Origin: Victivallales bacterium
GTDB taxonomy: Bacteria > Verrucomicrobiota > Lentisphaeria > Victivallales > UBA1829
Direction: 5' to 3'
Assembly: GCA_045592785.1 (NCBI GenBank)
Contig: JAZNVL010000017.1
Span: 1,505-65,504 of the forward strand
Length of the DNA stretch: 64,000 bases
The translations under genes were made by a program, and so were the position numbers. Positions 9,744 to 20,204 of this stretch are shown piece by piece (within the stretch, counting starts at the first letter, position 1; the number at the start of each line of letters is the position of its first letter). Under the pieces are notes generated by a model. That model was not told the origin of the DNA. It saw nothing but the letters and a program-made list of their open reading frames with translations, and ran no database searches.

Positions 9744-10856
9744 ATGCAGAAAACAGCGATCCTTTTCCTGCTTCTTTTCGCCGGGATCCTCTCCGGGATC
9801 GAACCGGGCGGGATGCTTTCCATCGACGAACTGCGGGAAAAGGCGGAAGCGGTAACTCCGGTGTCTGCCCCTGTGCAGGCGCCCGGATACGAGATCATTG
9901 TTTTCTTTGATACCAACGCCCGCGATACCATGTCCTACATGCAGATGCTGAACGATCTGTGTACGCGGATGAGCGAATATCCGTCCGCGGAACAGGCGAA
10001 TGTATATGCGTTGGCACGGAACTCCAAGCGGGAAACGGAAGATCTGCTGAAGCGTTTCACTCCTGCATTTGCCATCGGCAGGGATAAGGACCGGATCCTT
10101 TTTGCGGAATATGCGACAGGGGAACTCTTTCTTCCCTTTGCGCTGATCGCGAAGGAAGGGAAAGTGCTCTGGAAGGGGAGTCCGCTGGATCTGGAAAACA
10201 TCATGAACCTGATCCGGAAAAAGAAATTCGACCCGACCTTGCAGCTGAAGATCTCCCGGATCCGTAAGGAAATGCAGATGGCGGTCCAGGCATCCCTGCC
10301 GGATGTGATCCAGCGTTGTGCGGATGAGATCCTGAAATTGCAGCCGGGCGACACTCTGGCGATCCAGGCAAAACTTTTCGTGTACGAAAATTCCGGGCGT
10401 TTCCCGGCGGCATTGTCTTTCACAAAACGTAATGCACTTGCCAATCCCGATGACGTGAACCACACACTTCTTTATTTGAATTATCTGTACCGTGCCGGAA
10501 ATCCCGCGCCGTTCCCCGCAGCATTCGCAGATGCAGTCAAACAGTTCAGCAAATCCCCGGAATCCCTGTTCCGTCTTCTTGCTTTTGCGGTGAACGGAAC
10601 GATCCCGTTCTCCTGGCTCCCGCCGAAGGAGATCAAAGGACTGCCGGATATGATCCGGCAGTCCTGGGCGAAGAAATCCGCCGGCCGTCGCGGGGTCTTT
10701 GCCGAATATGAGGCGGCAGTGTGTTACGGTTTGTGTGATATTGCCGGAGCTGTGAAAGCCCAGGAGGAAGCTCTGCGCCTGTGTGAGGCTGCACGGCAGA
10801 AAGAAGTCCGGCGCCAGCTGGAATTTTACCGTTCCATCCAACAATTGAAAAAATGA
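9744..10856 (+). CDS. Exported protein with redoxin-like fold lacking CXXC plus TPR-like helical region
   Basis: Signal peptide; IIVFFDT...FAIGRDKD...LPFALIAKEGKVLWKG follows the TlpA/AhpC-TSA pattern; helical C-terminal half. Confidence 0.55.
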   Translation: MQKTAILFLLLFAGILSGIEPGGMLSIDELREKAEAVTPVSAPVQAPGYEIIVFFDTNARDTMSYMQMLNDLCTRMSEYPSAEQANVYALARNSKRETEDLLKRFTPAFAIGRDKDRILFAEYATGELFLPFALIAKEGKVLWKGSPLDLENIMNLIRKKKFDPTLQLKISRIRKEMQMAVQASLPDVIQRCADEILKLQPGDTLAIQAKLFVYENSGRFPAALSFTKRNALANPDDVNHTLLYLNYLYRAGNPAPFPAAFADAVKQFSKSPESLFRLLAFAVNGTIPFSWLPPKEIKGLPDMIRQSWAKKSAGRRGVFAEYEAAVCYGLCDIAGAVKAQEEALRLCEAARQKEVRRQLEFYRSIQQLKK

Positions 10857-11671
10857 CCATGCGCATCATCCATTTTTCCGATGTTCATGTACCTGCGGTC
10901 CTGACACCGCGCTCTTTCACCGACAAACGCATTCTCGGCTGCTGCAACAGTCTTCTGGTACGGAAACATGCGTACCGTATGGCGTATTTCGAAAAAGCCG
11001 TTCCCGCGATCCTGCAAGCCTCGCCGGACCTCATTGTATTCACCGGGGATGCTGTTTCCACGGCGGATCCGGTGGAGTTCCGTGATGCGGCAGAACGTTT
11101 TCAACCTTTGGTGCAAAGCGGGATCCCGCTGTTGTATGTGCCGGGGAATCATGATATGTATGTCCGCGCAAAAGCCTGCCGGGAAGCCATGGAGTCCTTT
11201 TACACACTTCTGAACGGTGGTATTGCTTATCACGATGCGCCCCGGCTTGTGACTGCGGGCGGTGTACGTTTTGCAGCCATTCATTGCGCAAAGCCCTTAT
11301 CCTGGTATTTTTCCTGCGGTGTGATGAAACCGGAGACTTCTGCGTTTCTGGAAACGGAAGCGGCAAAGGAGTCTGACATGCCGCTGGTTTGCGTGGGACA
11401 TTTTCCTCTGTTACGGCGTGAGAACTTCATCAAAGACTTCCGGCGTCGTCTTTACGGTGCCGAAACGGCGGCATCTCTGCTGCATCAGGGCAGGATCGCG
11501 CTTTCTTTATGCGGACACATCCATCACGGATTTGAGACGATTCTGGATGAGTCAATGGGGTACGGCGAATACTGTGCAGGGTCTCTGACGAAGGAAGGCA
11601 GTCTGCTGGAAATCACCTGGAATGAACCGGAGAAACGGTTCCGGCACAAACGTATTTCGTTTACGGAATAA
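10853..11671 (+). CDS. Calcineurin-like metallophosphoesterase
   Basis: HFSDVH, TGDAV, PGNHD, VGHFP, CGHIH. Confidence 0.9.
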   Translation: MTMRIIHFSDVHVPAVLTPRSFTDKRILGCCNSLLVRKHAYRMAYFEKAVPAILQASPDLIVFTGDAVSTADPVEFRDAAERFQPLVQSGIPLLYVPGNHDMYVRAKACREAMESFYTLLNGGIAYHDAPRLVTAGGVRFAAIHCAKPLSWYFSCGVMKPETSAFLETEAAKESDMPLVCVGHFPLLRRENFIKDFRRRLYGAETAASLLHQGRIALSLCGHIHHGFETILDESMGYGEYCAGSLTKEGSLLEITWNEPEKRFRHKRISFTE

Positions 11672-12212
11672 GTTTTTTCACCGCGGTGAGGATGTCGGGC
11701 GCATCCACTGCATCGGGGAAGTCGGAAAGATCTTCGGTTGCGCCGTGCCCGGTACGGAGGAGTGCGACGGCACGGCATCCGGCATTGATCCCGGCGCGTA
11801 AATCGGTGGTTCTGTCCCCGATCATGACACATTGCGAGAGATCCAGATCATGCTCTTTTGCCGCGCGAAGGATCATACCCGGTTTCGGCTTTCTGCAATC
11901 GCAATCGATGGCATATTCGGGCACCACGCCGCTTTTGTGATGATAACAATAATAAACGCCGTCGAGTTTGCATCCGATCTCTGCCAGTTTCTCGTCAATA
12001 CGTTGTTGTACGGCGTGAAGCTGTTCCTCCTTGAAATATCCTTTGGCAATGCCCGCCTGATTGGAAATGACGATGATCTTGTACCCGCGTTCCCGGAGGT
12101 ATTGGAATGTTTCTCTGATTTCGGGGGGCAGCACAACGCCGTCGGGATCACAGAGATAATTTTTTTCTTCGATCAATACGCCGTCGCGGTCAAGAAAACA
12201 TGCTTTATTCAT
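11661..12212 (-). CDS. gmhB: D-glycero-D-manno-heptose 1,7-bisphosphate phosphatase (HAD IIIA)
   Basis: FLDRDGV, SNQAGIAKG, CYHH...CDCRKPKPGM, MIGDRTTD. Confidence 0.9.
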   Translation of the reverse strand: MNKACFLDRDGVLIEEKNYLCDPDGVVLPPEIRETFQYLRERGYKIIVISNQAGIAKGYFKEEQLHAVQQRIDEKLAEIGCKLDGVYYCYHHKSGVVPEYAIDCDCRKPKPGMILRAAKEHDLDLSQCVMIGDRTTDLRAGINAGCRAVALLRTGHGATEDLSDFPDAVDAPDILTAVKKLIP

Positions 12213-12227
12213 ACATCGGTCCTTATT

Positions 12228-13940
12228 TCAATTTTCGTTCTGCGGGTTCAGATCAATGACCCGGTCACAGTGTTCGATACTGGAAAGACGGTGTGCGATC
12301 ATAATGATGGTGAGCCTGCCTTTGAGCATTTTCAGCGCATCGATCAACGCCTTTTCCGTTTCGTTATCCAATGCGCTGGTGGCTTCATCCAGGATCAACA
12401 GTTCCGGATCATGATACAACGCACGGGCAATGGCAATACGCTGACGCTGTCCGCCGCTGAGCCGTACGCCGCCTTCCCCGATCATGGTATCGACACCCTG
12501 GGGGAGAGAAGGGAGGAAGTCCGTGATCTGCGCCATTTCCATAACTTTTTGCAACTGGACTTCATCCACCTGATCGGGCGCGATGCCGAAGGCGATATTC
12601 CCTTTCACGGTGTCATCAAACAGAACGATGTTCTGTGGCACATATCCGATGCGTTTCCGCCAGGAAGTGAGACCTTCCGTGATGGGCACGCCATCGACTT
12701 TGACACAACCCTTCTGCGGTTGATAGAATCCCATGATGATGTCCGCCAGGGTCGTCTTCCCGCAACCGGTCTTTCCCACGAATGCCACGGATTCCCGATG
12801 CCGGATCGTCATGGAGTAATCCCGGAAAAGGGGGTCCTGTCCGGGTGTATACGCGAAGTCGATATGATCCACGGTGATGTTGTCGCGGAAGTCGATCTTC
12901 TGCTTTTCTTCCGGGAGAGTTTCCCCGGGAATATCGCACAAATCGGAATAAATGCGGTCGAAAAGGAACAGGTTACCCCGAATGATATAAAGATTGTACT
13001 GGATACGGGAGAAAGACGGGAGCAGGCGGAACATGGCGGCAATAAACAATGCGGCAAAGAAAAGGATCTTTTCAAAGGGTACATCGGTATAGAGAAGTGT
13101 GATAAGGATGCCCATGGCAAGAGCAATGCAGAATGCCTCCATAGTGAAACGGGGGATTTCGGAAAAATCCATGATCTTTTTATTGGCAAAAAACTTATCC
13201 TTCTGTACTTTATTCAGCTGACGGACAAAAAACGGAGCCGTCCCGGTCAGCTTGACTTCCCGGATCGCAGCCAGCCCCTGCTGAAGAAACAGGACCGCTT
13301 TTGCACTTGCTTTGATATTGATCTCACCGTACCGTACCAGTTTTTTCCGCATGGGGATGTAAAACACGATGAGCAGGATGGCAGCACAGACGACGGCACT
13401 CAATGCGATATATGGCGCGATCTTGAACAGAACAGAGCCTATGGCGATGATGACACAAACTTCCGTAGCGATCAGCATACAGGGACGTAATAAGCTTACT
13501 GCAAAAATATTGCATTGGTGGATCCGGTCGATCAGGGTGGATGCCCCGATCTCACTGTGCCATTGACAGGGCGCTTTCAGATAGTTCCGATAGAGTCTTG
13601 TCGCGATCTCAACGGTCAATTTCGTGACATACAGACTTTGCAGGTACAGGATAAACCAGCCATAAGCGTTTTTAAGAATATACAGCAGGATCAATGCACC
13701 TGCAAGCAGTATGACAAATTTCCGTTCCGATCCCACATTGGTGAAATCATAGAACCGCTCCACCCATTCATTGGAGTGAATAAAATCGGCAGAGGTAAAG
13801 GCGGAAACCAGGAGCATGATCAGCCCCAGAGATGCCAGTTCCAGCAGTGCTCCGGAAATCGTCAGACCGGATAATGCCAGCAAACCCCACTTGTATGCGG
13901 GAGAAAGGATCTTGCGGAGTTTGCTGATCAAATTCCACAT
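12228..13940 (-). CDS. ABC transporter permease/ATPase, PglK/WlaB-like glycolipid flippase
   Basis: N-terminal TM domain; GKTGCGKTT, LSGGQRQR, LILDEATSALD; FRLLPSFSRI motif typical of polysaccharide-cluster exporters. Confidence 0.85.
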   Translation of the reverse strand: MWNLISKLRKILSPAYKWGLLALSGLTISGALLELASLGLIMLLVSAFTSADFIHSNEWVERFYDFTNVGSERKFVILLAGALILLYILKNAYGWFILYLQSLYVTKLTVEIATRLYRNYLKAPCQWHSEIGASTLIDRIHQCNIFAVSLLRPCMLIATEVCVIIAIGSVLFKIAPYIALSAVVCAAILLIVFYIPMRKKLVRYGEINIKASAKAVLFLQQGLAAIREVKLTGTAPFFVRQLNKVQKDKFFANKKIMDFSEIPRFTMEAFCIALAMGILITLLYTDVPFEKILFFAALFIAAMFRLLPSFSRIQYNLYIIRGNLFLFDRIYSDLCDIPGETLPEEKQKIDFRDNITVDHIDFAYTPGQDPLFRDYSMTIRHRESVAFVGKTGCGKTTLADIIMGFYQPQKGCVKVDGVPITEGLTSWRKRIGYVPQNIVLFDDTVKGNIAFGIAPDQVDEVQLQKVMEMAQITDFLPSLPQGVDTMIGEGGVRLSGGQRQRIAIARALYHDPELLILDEATSALDNETEKALIDALKMLKGRLTIIMIAHRLSSIEHCDRVIDLNPQNEN

Positions 13941-13946
13941 AAAACG

Positions 13947-15905
13947 TCACCCGATGGAAGAACCGGGTTCACAATCACCGTCGACCGTCACCAACCGGAG
14001 CGTATCACCTGTCCGTGCGGCAAGGAGCATCCCCCGGGATTCATGTCCGCGGATGGAAACCGGCTGCAGGTTCGCGATCACCACAATGCTTTTCCCGATC
14101 AGATTTTCCGGTTCGTAGAAGAGTGCGATCCCTGCCACCAGGGGGCGTACATCGCCATTGCCGAGATCAATGGTGAGAGCCAGGAGTTTATCTGCCTTCG
14201 GAATCCGTTCTGCGGTCAGGACTTTTGCCACTTTCAACTGCACTTTCTGGAAATCAACGATCGTACAAATCCCTTCCGGAATCACAGGTTCTTCCTTCGG
14301 TGCCTTGACTTTCGGTTCGTTTTTCTTCTTCGCCGGTTTGGGTTCCGCAGGCTTTTCCTCCACCTGGATCCGGGGGAAGAGTCCGGCAATGTCATGCAGA
14401 TCGGATTCCGGTTCCAATACACCCATGGAACGGATCTGTTCGAAGGAAACGGCATTCTGATCGGCTTCGGACATGCCCAGCGTATAACGCAGTTCCTTCA
14501 TCTTTTCCGGCATGACCGGATAAAGCAGACCGGAAACAATGCGCAACACTTCCGCGGCGGTATACAGGACTGTGGCAAGACGGTCCCGTTTGCCTTCCTT
14601 TACCAATTCCCAGGGCTTGTTCAGCTCCATATAACGGTTGGCACTGCGGACCACGTTCATGACCGCATCCAGACCGGAATCCAGCTTCATATTTTCCACC
14701 GCATTGCGCAGGGCGTCCACCGCCTGCAACGCAATACTGCTCAATTCCGTATCGCAGGGCTCCATCAGAGAGCCGGGACGGGGCACTTTCCCGTCAAAGT
14801 TCCGGATGGAGAGTTTCACCACGCGGCTGACCAGGTTCCCCAGGTCATTGGCAAGATCGCTGTTGTAACGGCCGATAAATTCTTCTTCGGTGAACGAGGC
14901 ATCATTGCCCAGTGTCATGCCCGCCATAAGGAAGTAACGGAACGCATCCACACCGTATTTATCCACCATATCCATGGGGTTCACTACATTGCCCAGCGAT
15001 TTACTCATCTTGACGGTTCCGGTAAGCCACCAGCCGTGTGCGAAAATACTCTTCGGCATTTCCACACCCATGGCTTTCAGCATACAGGGCCAGTAAACGC
15101 TGTGGGTGGTGAGGATATCTTTCCCGATCAGGTGATGACTGTTTTCCCAATACTTGTTGAACCGGGCATCATCCACTCCATATCCCATGGCGGAAATATA
15201 GTTGATCAGCGCATCGAACCAGACGTAGCAAACGAAATCACTGTCGAATGGCAGTTCGATCCCCCAGGACATCCGGGATTTTGCACGGGAAATACAAAGG
15301 TCGTTCAGCGGTTTCCGCAAGAATCCCAACGTTTCATTGGCGCGGAATGCAGGCTGAATGAAACCGGGATGGGTCTGGATATAATCCACCAGCCATTCCT
15401 GATAACGGCTCATGCGGAAAAAGTAATTGGGCTCCTGAACGGTATCCACTTTCCGGTTGCAGTCCGGACAGCATCCGTCCACCAGATCTTTTTCCGTGAA
15501 ATAACGTTCGCAGGGAACACAGTAGAAACCGGTATATGCACCTTTGTAAATGAGGTCCCGGTCATACAGATCCTGCAGGATGGCGGAAACGATCTTTTTG
15601 TGCCGTTCTTCCGTGGTACGGATAAAATCATCGTTTGTGATGTTGAGTTTTTTCCAGAGTTCCTGAAAACGGATCACGGTTTCGTTGCAGTGATCCAACG
15701 GAGCGATCCCACGGGCTTCCGCCGCTTTCTGAACCTTCTGACCGTGTTCATCCGTCCCGGTCAGGAAAAAGGTGTCATCGCCCTGTGCGCGGTGATACCG
15801 TGCCAATACATCGGCGAGAACAGTGGTATAAGCGTGTCCGATATGGGGAGAATCGTTGACGTAATAAATAGGAGTAGTGGTATAGAATGTCTTGTTTTTG
15901 CTCAT
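13947..15905 (-). CDS. metG: Methionyl-tRNA synthetase with C-terminal tRNA-binding domain
   Basis: TTPIYYVN..PHIGH, GTDEHGQK, KMSKS, OB-fold tail; start at MSKNK (GGAG upstream). Confidence 0.97.
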   Translation of the reverse strand: MSKNKTFYTTTPIYYVNDSPHIGHAYTTVLADVLARYHRAQGDDTFFLTGTDEHGQKVQKAAEARGIAPLDHCNETVIRFQELWKKLNITNDDFIRTTEERHKKIVSAILQDLYDRDLIYKGAYTGFYCVPCERYFTEKDLVDGCCPDCNRKVDTVQEPNYFFRMSRYQEWLVDYIQTHPGFIQPAFRANETLGFLRKPLNDLCISRAKSRMSWGIELPFDSDFVCYVWFDALINYISAMGYGVDDARFNKYWENSHHLIGKDILTTHSVYWPCMLKAMGVEMPKSIFAHGWWLTGTVKMSKSLGNVVNPMDMVDKYGVDAFRYFLMAGMTLGNDASFTEEEFIGRYNSDLANDLGNLVSRVVKLSIRNFDGKVPRPGSLMEPCDTELSSIALQAVDALRNAVENMKLDSGLDAVMNVVRSANRYMELNKPWELVKEGKRDRLATVLYTAAEVLRIVSGLLYPVMPEKMKELRYTLGMSEADQNAVSFEQIRSMGVLEPESDLHDIAGLFPRIQVEEKPAEPKPAKKKNEPKVKAPKEEPVIPEGICTIVDFQKVQLKVAKVLTAERIPKADKLLALTIDLGNGDVRPLVAGIALFYEPENLIGKSIVVIANLQPVSIRGHESRGMLLAARTGDTLRLVTVDGDCEPGSSIG

Positions 15906-15994
15906 GATGACGCTCCTTTGCAACAAGTGTGACGATATATAAAGAACAGCGGAACCCGAAACCCGGATTCCGCGATTAAACATTGTGCCGGATC

Positions 15995-17833
15995 TTACTT
16001 GGCAGCCCCGTTTTCGGCGGCTTCTTTGGCTTTCTCTTCCTGCTTCCGTTTTTCTGCTTCCAAACGTTCCGGCATGTATCTCTTGAAGAAGATCACATTT
16101 TTGAATGTGGAGGATGCCGTGTCATAGTAGAAGCGCAGAACACCCCGGGAGAGACGTCCTTCCCAAACGATCACATAGGGTTGTAATTCCGGGGTATCTT
16201 TGTTTTCCGTATTTTGCTGTTTCTGTTGCTGTTCTTTCTGTTCTTTCTGTTCTTTCTGCTGTTCTTTCTGTTCTTCATCCTTGTTTTCCTGTTTGATGAC
16301 AACAGGGAGTTTATCCGGGGCGAGAGCGCCTTCCTGGATCTTCTGGAAAATATCTTCGTTGCCGTACAACAGCTGCGTATCGGATTTACCGTAATTTCTG
16401 TTCAAAGAGTTTTTGTAAATATCGAATTCCCGGTGTGTCAAGTCACCCATGTGGACATCGACCTGATTGAGTTTACCGAAATAGAAGTGCATGAAGATGC
16501 GCGCGGGACGGGATCCCTTCGGATAGATAATGTCATACCGGTTGACCACATATTTGTTGAGGAACGCACTTTCTTTTTCTTTGGAGAGGGCGTAATAGAC
16601 ATCGGTTTCGGTGAAGCCCCAGAGTGCTTTCTTGAAACCCTGGTCCGCATCGATCCCGTAGTAGGTCGAGTTGATTTCTTTCAGTTTCGCTTCGACTTTT
16701 TCCATAAGTTCCTTGTATGTGACCTCATTGACTTTGATCCGGCTGACCGCAGCGGCAAGTTCCTGCTGACTCATGGCAATGAAGTCTCCACCGGTATCTT
16801 CAGGCATGGCAGAGCTGTTGCCACCGAGAACGTCCACGACTTCGTTGCTTGTCTGACGATTGGGGTTGGCTTCGCCGTTTGCCATCATGGCTTCATCGCG
16901 CGTACTTTCCCGTGCTTCTTCCATCTGGCGTTCCATGCTGTTTTCTGCGAACATGTCAGAGACTTCACCTTCGGGCTGCTGATCTCTGGTATTCTTATTC
17001 TGTTCTGCCAGCTGTTGTTGAGCAACGGCTTCTTCTTCTGCCTTTTTGCGTGCGCGTTCTTCTTCCTTCTTACGTTTCAGCGCGAGCTTGCGTTCTTCTT
17101 CCTTCTTACGTTTTTTGTACTTGTTTGATTCGATTTCAAGAAGTTCGCGTGCAATTACATCTGCTGTTGTCCACTGTTTTTCTCTTTCCAGGAAGATGTA
17201 ACCGTTTTTCTCATTTTCTTCGTTCTGTTTTTCGAGCAGACGGTCAAACACTCTCTGCTGATATTTGATCGTATCCGCTTTGTGTTTTGCCATTCCATCG
17301 GTGATGTGCTTTTCCCGGAGAGCTTTCTGTGCTTCCGCATCGAATTTTGCCCGGGTCGCCAGATCCATGTCAATAAACGGGATCGTCTTGTTGTCAACGA
17401 GAATACTGTTTGCTTCGATTTTGTAAAGAGTCCCCGTGACAACGATCATGGAGGAACCGCGTTTGTAACTGAGCGTGACTTTGTCTTTCAGTTGGAACAT
17501 CTGATACATGCTTTCCGCTTCCTTGCGGAGTTTTGCTTCCAGTCTTTTCCCAATGCCGCCGTATTTCTTTTCCATGACACGGCGTGCGCGCTCATTGAGG
17601 ACTTTCAAATTTGCTTTTTTCATGGGGGTGACAGGTTTCAGAGTTACTTTTGCCCCGATTTCATCCAGGATAAGTTTCTGCACTTTTGCATCAGACATAT
17701 CCTCTTTCATGTCGACATGCTTATTGATCGTGCTGTTAATGAATTCGATCCGTTCCGCAGAAATTTGATGTTCCGCACCAAACAGTGCAATGCCGAACAA
17801 TCCGAGCAGTAAAGCAAACACGTTCTTTTTCAT
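15995..17833 (-). CDS. Exported hypothetical protein, charged coiled-coil rich
   Basis: 612-aa ORF with signal peptide and its own near-consensus promoter; no family recognised. Confidence 0.8.
   Translation of the reverse strand: MKKNVFALLLGLFGIALFGAEHQISAERIEFINSTINKHVDMKEDMSDAKVQKLILDEIGAKVTLKPVTPMKKANLKVLNERARRVMEKKYGGIGKRLEAKLRKEAESMYQMFQLKDKVTLSYKRGSSMIVVTGTLYKIEANSILVDNKTIPFIDMDLATRAKFDAEAQKALREKHITDGMAKHKADTIKYQQRVFDRLLEKQNEENEKNGYIFLEREKQWTTADVIARELLEIESNKYKKRKKEEERKLALKRKKEEERARKKAEEEAVAQQQLAEQNKNTRDQQPEGEVSDMFAENSMERQMEEARESTRDEAMMANGEANPNRQTSNEVVDVLGGNSSAMPEDTGGDFIAMSQQELAAAVSRIKVNEVTYKELMEKVEAKLKEINSTYYGIDADQGFKKALWGFTETDVYYALSKEKESAFLNKYVVNRYDIIYPKGSRPARIFMHFYFGKLNQVDVHMGDLTHREFDIYKNSLNRNYGKSDTQLLYGNEDIFQKIQEGALAPDKLPVVIKQENKDEEQKEQQKEQKEQKEQQQKQQNTENKDTPELQPYVIVWEGRLSRGVLRFYYDTASSTFKNVIFFKRYMPERLEAEKRKQEEKAKEAAENGAAK
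16229..16276. repeat. In-frame 9-bp tandem repeat (CTGTTCTTT) encoding KEQ units
   Basis: Five near-perfect copies with one 3-bp interruption; protein EEQKEQQKEQKEQKEQQQ. Confidence 0.85.
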
Positions 17834-17887
17834 AGAAAAACATCCTCATAATAGATTATAAAAGCAATAAAAATTCTATATTATTTT

Positions 17888-17937
17888 ATTATACTGCAAA
17901 ATTTCGATTTGTCAAGTTGAAAAATGTGTGCTATCTT
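17888..17937. promoter_or_regulatory. Divergent promoters with overlapping -35 boxes
   Basis: Minus strand TTGACA-N16-TATAAT (17915 to 17888); plus strand TTGTCA-N17-TATCTT with TG extension (17909-17937). Confidence 0.6.
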
Positions 17938-17974
17938 AAAAAAGACGAGATTTTTTTCAAGAAAGGTACTGATT

Positions 17975-18895
17975 ATGACAAAAAATACCGGTTGTGTCGA
18001 AACTTTGACTCCGGCACAGGCAGAAATTTTAAAGCAGATCGTGGAGTCCGGGAACTGGATCGTGACCCCCGCGGAATATTGTCTCTTCAAGGCAAAAAAG
18101 GAAAATGTTTCCATCGCCATGTATCAAAGCGGAAAATGCGTGATCCAGGGGAAGGGCACAGAAGAATTCCTGGAGTTCGTATTGGAACCCAGAGTGCTTC
18201 AACAGGTTCGCGAAAAAACGATTGCTGCCGATACTCCGTTTCACCCCCATGCCGGGATCGATGAAAGCGGAAAAGGCGATTTCTTCGGACCATTGTGCAT
18301 TGCCTGTGTTTTCGTACCCGATGAATCCGCCGCAGAACAACTTGCCGCAATCGGCGTCAAAGACTCCAAAGCCATTAAAAATGACGACCTCATCTGCCGG
18401 ATCGCAGATCAGATCCGGGGGATCGTGCAGGGAAAGATCGGACAGGTGGCATTGGGGCCGGAAGCCTACAACCGGACGTACGCCAAAGTCCGGAATCTGA
18501 ACCGCCTGCTTGCCTGGGGGCATGCCCGCGCCCTGGAAAACCTTCTGGAAAAAGTGCCGGAATGTACCGATGTATTGGCGGATAAGTTCGGCAATGAAAG
18601 CCTGATCGAAAATGCCCTGATGACACGGGGACGTTCCGTCACACTCCGGCAGCAGACGAAAGCGGAACAGGATATTGCGGTCGCCGCGGCAAGTATCCTT
18701 GCCCGTGCCGACTTCGTCCGCCGGGTTCGGAAACTGGAAGAAACCTATCAGATCAAGCTGCCGAAAGGAGCTGGAACGGCGGTGGATGCCGCCGCGCGCA
18801 AACTTTTGCAACAGGATAAAGATCTGCTGCCGCAGGTGGCGAAACTGCACTTCCGTACCGCCGCAAAAGTGATGGAACAGGATTTGTTCGATTGA
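17975..18895 (+). CDS. rnhC: Ribonuclease HIII
   Basis: N-terminal TBP-like domain (MYQSGKCVIQGK); GIDESGKGDFFGPL, VKDSK, VAAASILAR, LPKGAG, AKLHF. Confidence 0.95.
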   Translation: MTKNTGCVETLTPAQAEILKQIVESGNWIVTPAEYCLFKAKKENVSIAMYQSGKCVIQGKGTEEFLEFVLEPRVLQQVREKTIAADTPFHPHAGIDESGKGDFFGPLCIACVFVPDESAAEQLAAIGVKDSKAIKNDDLICRIADQIRGIVQGKIGQVALGPEAYNRTYAKVRNLNRLLAWGHARALENLLEKVPECTDVLADKFGNESLIENALMTRGRSVTLRQQTKAEQDIAVAAASILARADFVRRVRKLEETYQIKLPKGAGTAVDAAARKLLQQDKDLLPQVAKLHFRTAAKVMEQDLFD

Positions 18896-18913
18896 CGAAT
18901 TTACCGTTTCTAT

Positions 18914-18942
18914 TTGCAATCTTGCATTTCCTGTGATATATT
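18914..18942 (+). promoter_or_regulatory. Promoter of aminotransferase-lysA
   Basis: TTGCAA-N17-TATATT with TG extension. Confidence 0.6.
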
Positions 18943-18977
18943 ACAGGATGTATTGATGTATCAACAATCTGAAAATA

Positions 18978-20180
18978 ATGGAGTCTGTTATGAATCCGCT
19001 TTCTGACGAAATCAAAAACATGTTGTCCAATTCTTCCTGGATCCGGAAGATGTTCGAACAGGGTATCGAACTCAAGAAAAAGTACGGGGACAGCAACGTG
19101 TACGACTTTTCCCTGGGGAATCCCGACCTTCCGTCACCCGCCGCTGTGGGTGAAGCACTGAAACAGATGGCGGAAACCGCCGGCGATGCTTTCGCTTTCG
19201 GTTATATGCCCAATGCCGGATATCCGGAAGTCCGTGCCGCTCTCGCAAAAAAGATCACGCAGGAACAGGGCGTTTCCATCCCCGCTGACCGGGTGCTTGT
19301 CACTTGCGGCGCAGCCGGCGGGATCAACGTGCTTTTCCGTGCCGTCCTGAATCCCGGGGATGAAGTCATGTGCATCGCCCCGTACTTTGTGGAATACGGG
19401 TTCTACGCCGGAAATTACGGTGGAAAACTGGTCCCCGTCAAGAGCAGAGAAGACTTCTCTCCGGATGTAGCGGCAATGGAAGCCGCCATGACTCCTGCCA
19501 CCCGCGCTGTGATCGTGAACTCCCCCAACAATCCCACCGGTGTGATTTATACCGGAGAAGATATTGCCGCCATCGCCGAACTCCTGAAACGGAAGTCTGC
19601 GGAATACGGCAGAAGTATTTATCTTGTCTCCGATGAACCCTACCGGTTCCTCAATTATGACGGTTTGGAGATCCCTTCGGTCTTCGCATGTTACGATGCT
19701 TCCGTTGTGATCGGATCGTTCTCCAAGACTCTTTCCCTCGCCGGAGAACGTATCGGTTATGTGGCGGTTAATCCGGCGCTGGAAGATGGCGCACAGCTGA
19801 TGGCGGGCATGATCATGACCAATCGTATCCTCGGGTTCGTCAATGCGCCCGCCGTGGGACAGAAAATGTTGTTGTCCTGTCTGGACAGCCAGGCGGATCT
19901 CAACGTATACCGTCAACGCCGTGACATGATGGCGGAAGTTCTGGACCGTGCCGGACTGGAATATGTTCTTCCCCGCGGTGCCTTCTACTTCTTCCCGAAA
20001 TCCCCGCTGGAAGATGATACCGCATTCGTCAATCTGCTGGTGAATGAACGGATCCTTGCGGTCCCCGGCAGAGGCTTCGGAATGCCCGGTTATTTCCGTC
20101 TCGCCTTCTGTGTCAACGGCAAGACCATCACGGATTCCGCGGAATCCTTCAAACGCGCCGTCGCTGCGGCAAAAGCATAA
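18978..20180 (+). CDS. PLP-dependent class I/II (aspartate-type) aminotransferase
   Basis: SSWIRKMFE, DFSLGNP, NSPNNPTG, SDEPY, SFSKTLSLAGERIG; start may be 18990. Confidence 0.92.
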   Translation: MESVMNPLSDEIKNMLSNSSWIRKMFEQGIELKKKYGDSNVYDFSLGNPDLPSPAAVGEALKQMAETAGDAFAFGYMPNAGYPEVRAALAKKITQEQGVSIPADRVLVTCGAAGGINVLFRAVLNPGDEVMCIAPYFVEYGFYAGNYGGKLVPVKSREDFSPDVAAMEAAMTPATRAVIVNSPNNPTGVIYTGEDIAAIAELLKRKSAEYGRSIYLVSDEPYRFLNYDGLEIPSVFACYDASVVIGSFSKTLSLAGERIGYVAVNPALEDGAQLMAGMIMTNRILGFVNAPAVGQKMLLSCLDSQADLNVYRQRRDMMAEVLDRAGLEYVLPRGAFYFFPKSPLEDDTAFVNLLVNERILAVPGRGFGMPGYFRLAFCVNGKTITDSAESFKRAVAAAKA

Positions 20181-20204
20181 CACCCAAACATTGGAGTATA
20201 TAAA

